The translations under genes were made by a program, and so were the position numbers. Below, one piece after another: positions 9,255 through 18,575 of a stretch of DNA of 64,000 nt. The stretch lies in NCBI GenBank assembly GCA_963666115.2, contig CAXXET010000007.1, forward strand, positions 192,001 to 256,000, given 5' to 3'. Source of the stretch: Dehalococcoidia bacterium. Lineage in GTDB: Bacteria; Chloroflexota; Dehalococcoidia; UBA6926. The notes beneath the pieces are model-generated. The model did not search any database. It was not told the DNA's origin and worked only from the letters and a program-made list of their open reading frames with translations. Each line of letters starts with the position of its first letter. Positions within the stretch are counted from its first letter, which is position 1.

Positions 9255-11020
9255 ATGGCATCTAAAGCAAGGAATCCCGTCCGGGTGGGACCGACAACGC
9301 AGTCAAGAACTGCTACTGGGCGCCTCTCCGCGTTCCAAGTCGAGGTTTGGCACGATGGCCTGGGTGAACACCGCGTCCTGAAGGATCGTGACCCAGGTGT
9401 CTTGCAGAACAAGCTGGAAGCCCTCCAGCACCGTTGGTCAGAGAAATACGGCATACTTCTTGAGCGCAGAGATCGTGAGGCGCGTCGTCAAGGGGCAAAG
9501 ATACCGCCGAAGAGCTCACAAGGGAGGCTCAAGTAGCGTTACAAGAAAGCCGCGACATATTGCGGCACGCGCTACGAACAGATATTCGTTTTGATTGGGA
9601 ATCGCTCAAGAACCATTCCCCCATGATTCGCAAGTCAAAGGGAACTGCAGGTATAAAGTACGATCCCCAGACAGGCAGACCTGCGGCCTGTATTTCAGTT
9701 GAACCTCGACGAGAAAATCGTCCGACCTATAGGCAACCCAATTTGAGCTTCTGGGATCGCATTGCAGGGAAAAAAGAGGGCAAGGAAGAACTGGCCCGGC
9801 TTGAATTCGACCAGGCACTTCGTGGATGGCAAGAAAGGCAACAAGCTGAATCAGACAGAGTGGAGCGCCTGGATCTGGAACGTCAGCAGATTCTGGTCGC
9901 CGAGCAAGAGGAGTGGGATACTGAACTCGCGGAATACAAGGCGAATCAAGAGGCGACCAATGCCGAGGTTGATGCTCTGCGCCACAAGTACGAGGAGTGG
10001 GCGGGAGACAGTAGCCAGACCATTGAGGAGCACACCGAACTGGTACTGAACGCCTCCGACTATCCAGACTGGATTAAGGTCGACTTTGATCTCGGCTACA
10101 AAGTTGAGACCAGGACGATCATTATCAACTACACGCTGCCGCAGAGAGCATCGATGCCTACAGTCCAGAGTGTTACTTATGTTCAGACCCGTGACGAATT
10201 ACAGCAAAAGGTCATCTCAAAGCGCGAACAGGAGCAATTGTACGAAGGTGCGCTGCACCAGATTGCTCTTCGCACGATGTACGAGCTCTATAGCACAGAC
10301 GATGCCAAGGCCCTCGATGCCATTGTTTTCAACGGTTGGGTCGAGAGCACTAATCCGGCGACTGGGCAGTCCGGCAATAACTGCATCATGTCCATACAAG
10401 CACGTCGTGAAGAGTTTCTCAAGATAAACCTTGAATCAGTCGAACCTCAAGCCTGCTATCGCGCACTAAGGGGCGTGTCAGCGGCGAAATTGGCGACTCT
10501 TACACCTGTCCAGCCGATTTTGCAACTTGACACTGGCGACAGACGGTTTGTCGAGTCCAGGGACGTCACCAGTGATCTGTCAGACGAATCGAACCTAGCA
10601 ACCATGGATTGGGAGGACTTTGAACATTTGGTGCGGGAGATATTCGAAAGAGAGTTTGTGTCTCATGGGGGAGAGGTAAAGGTCACTCAGGCAAGCAGGG
10701 ATGGCGGTGTAGACGCGGTTGCCTACGACCCTGACCCGATTCGCGGTGGAAAATATGTTATACAGGCTAAGCGCTATACCCGGACGGTACCCGTAAGCGC
10801 GGTCAGGGAACTGCACGGCACAGTCACCAAAGAGGGTGCCAACCGTGGCATCTTGGTAACCACGTCAGATTATGGCGCCGATTCGGTCAGTTACGCCAAG
10901 GATCTGCCGATCACGCTGATCAACGGCTCCGAACTCCTGTCACTGCTGGAAAAGCATGGTCACAGCGCCCGGATTGATCTGAATGAGGCGCGGGAACTGA
11001 GGGGCAACGAGAGCGGTTAG
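9255..11020 (+). CDS. Mrr-family restriction endonuclease with long N-terminal region, split by a -1 frameshift between 9479 and 9536
   Basis: ORF 9255-9536 continues in the -1 frame as KDTAEELTREAQVALQESRDILRHAL into ORF 9560-11020. C-terminal FEHLVREIF...DGGVD...IQAKRY is the Mrr catalytic motif. Confidence 0.8.
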
Positions 11021-11098
11021 GCCCACTCGCTAGGCTTCTAGAGGGCAAGAGTAGAATCCTCTTGTCTACGACTGATCCGTTGGGTCGGCAGGGACAAC

Positions 11099-11133
11099 CC
11101 CGATGGATTTCGGCTTTCGCCGGAGTGAGGGGA
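11099..11133. repeat. REP/dRS3-like hairpin repeat, family A (GATTCCGGC-TTTC-GCCGGAATGA variant)
   Basis: Near-identical to 61958-61992; two substitutions both give G-T pairs on the + strand. Confidence 0.8.
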
Positions 11134-11239
11134 GCAGCATGGCGGACTAGCTATGTTGCCACTGTATGCCGGACGGTCAATACTGATTCCAGTGAGAGCA
11201 TCGCAATCATGCGAACTTTCCACACGATTGGAGGTGCCG

Positions 11240-11392
11240 ATGGCCAGCAATACGGAATGCACGAGTGACCATGGCGCGCCGGCCGAGAAACTCGGCACGA
11301 CGATACACGAAATCTTCAAGCCGTTCGGTGGCGTTGAACTGCCAATCCCTCCCCGTGAACCCATGCGTGAGCCGCCTCAGTTTGGCGACTGA
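11240..11392 (+). pseudogene. Truncated FitA/StbC-like antitoxin (C-terminal part only)
   Basis: GGAGGT RBS; 50 aa ending LGTTIHEIFKPFGGVELPIPPREPMREPPQF, typical of FitA-like antitoxin tails. RHH region absent and no PIN toxin downstream. Confidence 0.55.
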
Positions 11393-11443
11393 GCGCAATC
11401 AAATGTATATCGCCGAATTCAACCCCTGCACCTCAAAGCCAGT

Positions 11444-12424
11444 ATGAACAGCGATCAAGGACCGCGCGCCTCGGAAACCCGCCAATTTGGCCCGCCGGAG
11501 CTTGGTGTCTCGATTGCGCCTTTGGGGGTGGGGGCGTGGCCCTGGGGGTCTACGTGGTATTGGGGGTACGGGAAATCGTACGGCGAGGATGACGTGCGCG
11601 GAGCGTTCCGGGCATCGCTCGCGGCGGGCGTGACGCTGTTCGATACGGCGGAGGTGTATGGGCGGCGGGGCAGTTCGGAGAGGATTCTTGGGCGGTTGGC
11701 GGGAGAGTTGGATGAGGAGTCGGCGGGCGGAGAGCGTCCGTTTGTTGCGACGAAGTATATGCCGCTGCCGTGGCGGTGGCGGGCGGGTGACGTGACGCGC
11801 GCGCTACGGGCGAGCCTGCGGCGTCTTGGGCTGGAGCGCGTCGATCTGTACCAGATTCACTGGCCGGTTGTGCCAGCGCGTCCGCGGCTTGGGCAGTGGA
11901 TGGAGGGTTTGGTCCGGGCGCACGGCGAGGGTCTGGTGGCGTCGGTCGGGGTATCCAACTTTGATGCCGAGTTGACCAGGCGGGCGCATGAGCTTCTGTC
12001 TCGCGCGGGCATCCCGCTGGCGTCCAATCAACTGCCCTACAGCCTGCTCGATCGGCACATCGAGCACGAGGGTTTGCTTGACGCGTGCAGGGAACTGGAC
12101 ATGACGGTGATCGCCTACAGCCCGATTGCGGAGGGGCTGCTGACGGGGAAGTACACTCCGGATGATCGTCCTGCCGGCTATCGGGGGTGGCGGCTGCGGA
12201 AAAAGGTGGTGCAGGTTCAGCCGATAGTCGAGGCGCTGCGTGAGATCGGAGAGCGGCATGAGGGCAAGACACCATCGCAGGTGGCGCTACGCTGGCTGAT
12301 CCAGAAGGGAACTCTCCCAATCCCCGGCGCGAAGACAGCACAGCAAGCGACGGACAACGCGGGGGCGCTGGGGTGGGAACTCACGGAGGAGGAGATGGCG
12401 GCGCTGGATGACGTCTCAGCCTGA
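11444..12424 (+). CDS. Aldo/keto reductase
   Basis: FDTAEVYG, VATK, DLYQIHWP, GVSNF, AYSPI, PIPGAK motifs. Confidence 0.93.
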   Translation: MNSDQGPRASETRQFGPPELGVSIAPLGVGAWPWGSTWYWGYGKSYGEDDVRGAFRASLAAGVTLFDTAEVYGRRGSSERILGRLAGELDEESAGGERPFVATKYMPLPWRWRAGDVTRALRASLRRLGLERVDLYQIHWPVVPARPRLGQWMEGLVRAHGEGLVASVGVSNFDAELTRRAHELLSRAGIPLASNQLPYSLLDRHIEHEGLLDACRELDMTVIAYSPIAEGLLTGKYTPDDRPAGYRGWRLRKKVVQVQPIVEALREIGERHEGKTPSQVALRWLIQKGTLPIPGAKTAQQATDNAGALGWELTEEEMAALDDVSA

Positions 12425-12500
12425 TTAGTCCCCCGCTTTACGTGCGGCGCGCTGTCCGCCTACGATTTGCCCAGACCGTTCGGGGCTTGGGGGGTGATTC

Positions 12501-13277
12501 ATGACGATGCAGTTGGATGACGTCAAGCGAGAAGTGGCCATTGCCAATCGGGTGCTGCCGGATATCGGGCTGGCGTCAGGGGTTCTGGGATCGCTTGGAC
12601 ACGTGAGCATGCGCGTGCCGGACAATCCTGAGACGTTCGTGGTCAAGGGACGCGGCTACGCCATCGACGCGCTCGCCCGCGCGGAGCCGGAGGGGATGGT
12701 CGTGTGCGACCTCGACGGGTTCAAGGTCGGCGGGCCACCCGGCATCACGCAGTGCTTTGAGGTGAAGATTCACTCCGCCATCTTTCGCGCGCGGCCTGAC
12801 GTGCAGTCCATCGTCCACGTCCATCCGCGCTTCGCAATCGTCATGGGCATTCTCGGAGTCACCCTTGTGCCGATGTGCCGCGAGGGGTTGGAGCTTGTGG
12901 AAGAGCCGGTTCCTGTCTTTCCGCATAGCAGGCTGATCCTGACGGAGGAGGACGGCGTTGGCGTGGCTGAGGCGCTGGGCGACGCGACGGTGCTCATGCT
13001 GCAAGGGCATGGGGCGGTGAGCGTGGGCACGTCGACAGGGGACGCCGTGATGAACATGGCGCACCTGGAGGAGCAGGCGCGGATGAACTGGTACGCGTAC
13101 GCGGCGGCGGGGCCCGGCCATGCGCGGATTACGGAGGAGCAGATCGCGGAAAACAACGCTCAGCCGCCGACGGCTGAACTGCCGCACTTCCGGGAGCTGG
13201 TGAGTGGCACGCGGGCGCAGGCGGCGGTTGGCGGCGTGTGGCGGCATTTGGCGGCGAACGCGGCAGAGGGACTATAG
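12501..13277 (+). CDS. Class II aldolase/adducin family protein
   Basis: GHVSMR, EVKIHSAIFRARPDV, VHVH, LQGHG metal-binding motifs. Confidence 0.9.
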   Translation: MTMQLDDVKREVAIANRVLPDIGLASGVLGSLGHVSMRVPDNPETFVVKGRGYAIDALARAEPEGMVVCDLDGFKVGGPPGITQCFEVKIHSAIFRARPDVQSIVHVHPRFAIVMGILGVTLVPMCREGLELVEEPVPVFPHSRLILTEEDGVGVAEALGDATVLMLQGHGAVSVGTSTGDAVMNMAHLEEQARMNWYAYAAAGPGHARITEEQIAENNAQPPTAELPHFRELVSGTRAQAAVGGVWRHLAANAAEGL

Positions 13278-13301
13278 GAAACGGCGGGGAGGCTGTACGG
13301 C

Positions 13302-14078
13302 ATGGACCTGGGAATCGCGGGAAAGGTCGCGCTCGTTACGGGCGGGAGCAGGGGACTGGGACGGCAGGCGGCGTTGAGCCTTGCCGGCGAGGGCGCGAAA
13401 GTCGCTATCTGCGCTCGCACACAGGAGAATCTCGATGTCGTTCTGCCGGAGTTGACGGCGGCGGGCGCGCCCGCCGCCGCTGCGATAGCCGCGGACGTCA
13501 CCGACGCCGCCTCGCTGGAGCAGCTGCGCGAGGCAGTCGTCGAACAGCTTGGGCCGGTGGACATCCTCGTGAACAACGCGGGCGCGAGCCGGCGGGGCGA
13601 CGTGCTGGCGATCGGCGAGGAGGAGTGGTCGGACCTGTGGGCGCTGAACGTCTTGGGGCCGATACGGCTGAGCCGCCTTGTACTGCCGGGGATGCAGGAG
13701 CGGCAGTGGGGGCGCATCGTCAACGTATCGTCCATCTGGGGGCGCGAGCACGGCGGCGGCGTGGCGTATATGACCACCAAGGCGGCGCTCATCGCGTTTA
13801 CCAAGAGCACGGCGTTGAGTTATGCGAAGGACGGGATACTGATCAACTCCGTCGCGCCGGGGTCGGTGGTGTTTCCGACGGGGAGTTGGGATCGGTTCCA
13901 GACGCAGAACGAGCCGGACGTGGTGCGGGACTTCATCGCCAACAACCTGCCGATGGGGCGGTTCGGGTGGCCGGAGCCGGTGGGCGACCTGATTGCGTTT
14001 CTGTGCTCGGAGCGGGCAGGATTCCTGACGGGGACGACAATCAACATTGACGGGGGGCAGTCACGGAGTTTGATCTAG
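13302..14078 (+). CDS. Short-chain dehydrogenase/reductase
   Basis: TGGSRGLG, NNAG, YMTTK. Confidence 0.93.
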   Translation: MDLGIAGKVALVTGGSRGLGRQAALSLAGEGAKVAICARTQENLDVVLPELTAAGAPAAAAIAADVTDAASLEQLREAVVEQLGPVDILVNNAGASRRGDVLAIGEEEWSDLWALNVLGPIRLSRLVLPGMQERQWGRIVNVSSIWGREHGGGVAYMTTKAALIAFTKSTALSYAKDGILINSVAPGSVVFPTGSWDRFQTQNEPDVVRDFIANNLPMGRFGWPEPVGDLIAFLCSERAGFLTGTTINIDGGQSRSLI

Positions 14079-14104
14079 GTTCCCGCTTTCGCGGGAATGA
14101 CGGA
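14074..14104. repeat. REP/dRS3-like hairpin repeat, family A (TTCCCGC-TTTC-GCGGGAATGAC)
   Basis: 30/31 identical to 56506-56536; overlaps the SDR stop codon. Confidence 0.85.
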
Positions 14105-14213
14105 TGGGGGGTTGGGGTATACTTACGTCAAGAGAGTTTTTTGAAACGGTTCAAAATGGGCTGTTTCGCAGACGAGGAGGTGTCCTACGGCCCCTGACAA
14201 CGCAAGCTCGGCC

Positions 14214-14900
14214 TTGACTGATGAGCTCCGCCCGTGGCGCGAGGGCAACGAGCGCATCGCCATCTTTATCGACGGGAGCAACTTATATCACGCCCTGGAG
14301 GAATCCTGCTCACGGACTGATCTGGATTTCGCAGCGTTCATCCAGTGGATCGCGGGGGAGCGTCCTCTCTTCCGGACGTACTACTACAACATCATCCAGG
14401 ATGAGAAGCGCCGCCCCACGGAATACGCGCAGCAGCAGCGGTTCTTGCAGGCGCTGCACCTGATCCCCTACGTGGAGACGCGGTTCGGCACGACGCGCGT
14501 CCGCGGCGACCAGATCGTCGAGAAGGGCGTGGACATCATGCTCGCAACAGACCTGCTGTACTACGCGTGGCAGGACTATTACGACATGGCGGTGCTGGTG
14601 TCCGGCGACGGTGATTTCGCCTATGCCATCCAGACGCTCAAGAACCTCGGCAAGTACGTGCAGGTTGTGACGTTCGAATCGAACCAGTCGCCTGATCTGT
14701 GGGAGAAGGCCGACCTCCGCACGCTTCTCACGCCGGACCTGCTGACCCAGGAGAACCTGTGGGTGAACAAGGAGCCGGCGCGCAAGAGGCGGCGTCGAAC
14801 GACGAACGGGACGACGCGCCGCACGCCGCGTAAGTCTGCGGCCTCGTCAGCCCCTGCATCCTCAAACGGGCGGGCAGCGGAGCCTGTGGCGGCGCAATAG
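14214..14900 (+). CDS. NYN/LabA (DUF88) PIN-like domain protein
   Basis: IFIDGSNLY, EKGVDIMLATD, LVSGDGDF; basic low-complexity tail. Confidence 0.9.
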   Translation: MTDELRPWREGNERIAIFIDGSNLYHALEESCSRTDLDFAAFIQWIAGERPLFRTYYYNIIQDEKRRPTEYAQQQRFLQALHLIPYVETRFGTTRVRGDQIVEKGVDIMLATDLLYYAWQDYYDMAVLVSGDGDFAYAIQTLKNLGKYVQVVTFESNQSPDLWEKADLRTLLTPDLLTQENLWVNKEPARKRRRRTTNGTTRRTPRKSAASSAPASSNGRAAEPVAAQ

Positions 14901-14911
14901 GCGCGCCCCGG

Positions 14912-16942
14912 CTAACCCAGGTCGCCCTGATCCCGGCCGCTCGCGTCCTTCCAGGCGGATTCTCGCCATGGGAAGATGTTTGCGGAAGTATCCAGGAGGG
15001 GGAAGTCCTCCCCGGGGTGGAAGACGGCAACGCCGTTTGCCGTGCCAATCCACAGGTTGCCGTTTCGATCCAGCAGGAGTTCATTGACGCGGTTATGGGG
15101 CAGCGGCGTTGACTGTGCCGTGTAGACCATCCACAGTTCGTCGTTCACAAGCCCAATGACGCCGCCGTCCGTGCCCACCCAGTAGCGGCCCGTGGCCGTG
15201 TCTTCGGCGAAGGATCGAACATTGTCGTTGGGGAGGCCTCCATTGGCGCGATTCAGCTTGCTCCACTGCTGGCCGTCAAAGATGGCTGCACCATCGCCGA
15301 TTGTGCCGAACCACATACGGCCCCGGCTGTCCTCGCGGGAGGCGAGGACGAGGTCAGTGCGGATGTCGGCGTTCTCCGTGCGGAGGCTGTTCCAGACGCC
15401 GTTGTCGAGAATGTTGATGCCCTGCCAGTGCGTGAGCCAGACGCGGCCCGCGGAATCTTCCGTGACGACGCTGATGATGTTGGTGTTCAGGCCGTCGCCG
15501 CGGTTATGGAGAGTCCACTCGCCGTCTTCGAGGACGGCGGCACCAAGGCCGGTGGCAAACCACACCCGGTCATTGCTGTCGTAATAGACGTTGAAGAGGG
15601 AATTGCTGGGCAGGCGCTGCTCTCCGTCCGCGTCGCCGAACCTGTCGTATTCAATCCATTCGCCGTGGTTGTAGACGGAGCCGCCGCTCAGGGTGGAAAT
15701 CCATATCCGGCCATACTTGTCTTCCGCGAGGCCGGTCACATAGCGATAGGCGAGGCCGCTGTTTCCCTGCGTAAAGGTCTCCCAGGCGCGCCCGTCGAAC
15801 TTGGCGACCCCCTGGGACGTGCCCACCCAGATGTTGCCCTGGCTGTCTTCCAGGAGGCCGTAGACGTCATTGGCGGGGAGGCCGGTTTCCGTCGGGAAGA
15901 GCCATTCGTAGGTCTCTTCCGCAGGGTCATAAATGTTGACGCCGCCGCCAAAGGTCACGATCCACAACGTTCCGTCTTCGTCGAAGTGGAGGTCTTCAAT
16001 GAAGTGATGCGACAGTTCGCGATAGCGCGTGCTGAGGGGTTCGGAGAACGACCCGCCGTCAAAGCTCGCCAGGCCGACTTCCGTTCCGATCCACAAGAGC
16101 TCCTCATCGTTGACCGTGTCCTCGTCTGGGGGCTGGACGGCAAGGGCCGTCACGAAGTTGGAGGGCATGCCGTTTTGGATGGTATACGCGTCTTCCCGCC
16201 ATTCGCCGTCGGCGCGCAGCACATTCAGGCCGCCGCCGTACGCGCCGATGTACAGATCGCCCTTGGAGTCCTCTAGGAAGACACGGATTTCGTTCGAGGC
16301 AAGAGGGCTGTTGTCCTTTGTGTAAACGGTTCGGCTGCCGTCCACCTCAAACACCACGATGCCGTCCTTCGAACCGACCCAGATACTGCCCTCCGCGTCC
16401 TCGTAAAAAGTCCAGATGCGATCGTCTGGAAGACCGTCGTCTACGCCGAATGATCTCCACCGCCCATCTTCAAAGAGCCGGATGCCCTCGCCCCAGGTGC
16501 CGACCCATATTCGCTCCTGGCTGTCGAGCAGGAGAGCAGAGACAAACACTCCGTCCAGGCCAATACTGTCCGCGTCATCGAGGGGGGACCACTGGCCCTC
16601 GTCCAGCACCACGATGCCGTCCTCCGTGCCGACCCAAACGGAGCCGCCCGGATGGTGGATGAACGAGGTCACGCGCGCGGTGATGCCGCTGTTGTCCGCG
16701 TTATACGTGATGAGCGCCCCGTCGTCATAGAGAGACGCGCCATTGTCGAAGCCCGCGAACCACTTGCGCCCATGGGCGTCTTCGTAGATTTCCGTGAGAT
16801 ACCAGCTTGCGATGCTGGTGTTCTCGACGTTGTACACGGTCCACAGGCCGCGGCCTGAGTTGGTCTGCTCGCCGCCGCCTGCGGCGCCAACGAGGACAAG
16901 CATCACCAGGGATGCCAGCGAGATGCCGCGTACTGCCCTCAA
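14912..16942 (-). CDS. Secreted beta-propeller protein (two-component regulator propeller repeats), no kinase domain
   Basis: Many LPxNxV..L.EDS.G.IWVGT..G repeats. TTG at 16942 after AAGGGGGA gives a signal-peptide-like N-terminus. Confidence 0.8.
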   Translation of the reverse strand: MRAVRGISLASLVMLVLVGAAGGGEQTNSGRGLWTVYNVENTSIASWYLTEIYEDAHGRKWFAGFDNGASLYDDGALITYNADNSGITARVTSFIHHPGGSVWVGTEDGIVVLDEGQWSPLDDADSIGLDGVFVSALLLDSQERIWVGTWGEGIRLFEDGRWRSFGVDDGLPDDRIWTFYEDAEGSIWVGSKDGIVVFEVDGSRTVYTKDNSPLASNEIRVFLEDSKGDLYIGAYGGGLNVLRADGEWREDAYTIQNGMPSNFVTALAVQPPDEDTVNDEELLWIGTEVGLASFDGGSFSEPLSTRYRELSHHFIEDLHFDEDGTLWIVTFGGGVNIYDPAEETYEWLFPTETGLPANDVYGLLEDSQGNIWVGTSQGVAKFDGRAWETFTQGNSGLAYRYVTGLAEDKYGRIWISTLSGGSVYNHGEWIEYDRFGDADGEQRLPSNSLFNVYYDSNDRVWFATGLGAAVLEDGEWTLHNRGDGLNTNIISVVTEDSAGRVWLTHWQGINILDNGVWNSLRTENADIRTDLVLASREDSRGRMWFGTIGDGAAIFDGQQWSKLNRANGGLPNDNVRSFAEDTATGRYWVGTDGGVIGLVNDELWMVYTAQSTPLPHNRVNELLLDRNGNLWIGTANGVAVFHPGEDFPLLDTSANIFPWRESAWKDASGRDQGDLG

Positions 16943-17078
16943 AGTCTCTTCCCCCTTTGACCACACAGTGTAGCGCGGAATGAGGGGTGTGGTACGATAC
17001 CCGTGTCCGAAAATGCCAGGAGCAGCGCGAATCAGTGGTGGGGCCACCTGAGCTGCCTTGCGCAAAAGGGGGTACCAA

Positions 17079-17507
17079 TTGGCGGATGAGGTTCTGGGCG
17101 TGTCCGTGGGGCGCGTCGTGACGTTCACCAAGCAGATTACGGCGCGCGACGTGGAACTCTTTGCCGAGGCGTCCGGAGACGATCAGCCGCTCCATCTCGA
17201 TGACGCAACGGCGGCGCGATCCCGCTTTGGGCAGCGCATCGCGCACGGCATCCTCACTGCGGGCGTCATCTCAGCCGCCATCGGAACGAAGCTCGTGCCC
17301 GACGGCGTCGCCATCTACCTCGGCCAGACGCTCCAGTTCCAGCGGCCCGTGGCGCTCGGCGATACAATCACTGCCACACTTGAGGTGACTGCGCTGGACG
17401 CGGAACGGCGCCGGGCAACCCTCTCCACGACGTGCGCGAACCAGAATGAGGAGACAGTCCTCACCGGCGAGGCGCAGGTGCTGCTCGACACGCTGCGGGA
17501 GGAATGA
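17079..17507 (+). CDS. MaoC-family (R)-specific enoyl-CoA hydratase (CroR/PhaJ-like)
   Basis: SGDDQPLHLD...FGQRIAHG hydratase motif; TTG start after AAGGGGG. Confidence 0.88.
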   Translation: MADEVLGVSVGRVVTFTKQITARDVELFAEASGDDQPLHLDDATAARSRFGQRIAHGILTAGVISAAIGTKLVPDGVAIYLGQTLQFQRPVALGDTITATLEVTALDAERRRATLSTTCANQNEETVLTGEAQVLLDTLREE

Positions 17508-17520
17508 CGCAGGAGGCCAG

Positions 17521-18552
17521 ATGTTTGTTCTTGACCAAGGCAGCCGGATCGTCGTTCCGCGAACAGAGATGACGTATCCGGGCCACAACATGCGGATGCA
17601 TGAGAATGCGGCCAACGCGCCCGTCGACCACGTGATGGCGGATCTCGAGGACGCCTGCCCCTACGAGTTCAAGGGCGAGGCGTCCCGGAGCGCCATCATG
17701 GAGGCGTTCAATACGCTCGACTACGGAACCAAGGTCGTTACGTTCCGCCCCAACAACATCCACTCGCGGTTCTTCCTGGGCGACGTTGAGACGATCATGC
17801 GGGGGGCAGTGGACAAGTTCCACGGCATCATCCTGCCCAAAGTCACCGGGCCGGAGGACGTCATCTACGTTTCCCGCCTGCTCGATGCCCTTGAGCTTGA
17901 GGCGGGATGGACGACGAAAGTGGCCATTGAGACCCTGATCGAGACGCCGGAGGCGATGGTCAACGTCAGCAAAATCGCAACGGCGTCGCCGCGGATGGCG
18001 GGGCTGATTTTTGGCATCGCGGACTTTGCGGCGGTGATGGGCGTCGTGGACGTCGTTGAGGATCAGAACAAGAACTTCCACTACGCCAAGCAGCACATGG
18101 CAGTCGCGGCAAAGGCAGCCGAGCTGCACGCCATCGACAATGTGTTTTTCACCCTCGTGAGGCGCGACACGTCAGAGGAGGACGGTGCGAAGATCAACGA
18201 GGCGCTGCTCCAGAAGAACGTCGAAGCCGCGAACCTGGGCATGGACGGCACGTGGATCATCCATCCCCAGCAGGCTCCCATGGCCAACATGGCCTATACG
18301 CCTAGTGATTCTCTCACCGAGTACGCCTCCCGCCTGATTGACAACTACCATGAGCGCGGCGGCGGCGCGTTCGTCTTCGAGGAGACGGGCGAATTCGTGG
18401 ATGAGGCGACGGCCAAGGGCTACCTTGTGCTGCTGGCCAAGGCGGCGCAGGCGGGCAAGGTGGAGGCCGGCTGGCTGTCCGAGCACGCCGCGCGACATGC
18501 GGAAATCACGGGCTATGACGTGCTGCGGCAAGCGGGCCGACACGTCGCCTAG
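17521..18552 (+). CDS. CitE/malyl-CoA lyase family CoA-ester lyase
   Basis: DLEDA, ILPKV, LIET, FGIADF, IHPQQ motifs; AGGAGG RBS. Confidence 0.88.
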   Translation: MFVLDQGSRIVVPRTEMTYPGHNMRMHENAANAPVDHVMADLEDACPYEFKGEASRSAIMEAFNTLDYGTKVVTFRPNNIHSRFFLGDVETIMRGAVDKFHGIILPKVTGPEDVIYVSRLLDALELEAGWTTKVAIETLIETPEAMVNVSKIATASPRMAGLIFGIADFAAVMGVVDVVEDQNKNFHYAKQHMAVAAKAAELHAIDNVFFTLVRRDTSEEDGAKINEALLQKNVEAANLGMDGTWIIHPQQAPMANMAYTPSDSLTEYASRLIDNYHERGGGAFVFEETGEFVDEATAKGYLVLLAKAAQAGKVEAGWLSEHAARHAEITGYDVLRQAGRHVA

Positions 18553-18575
18553 AGAAGTCGCCGTCCGAGAGCGTC

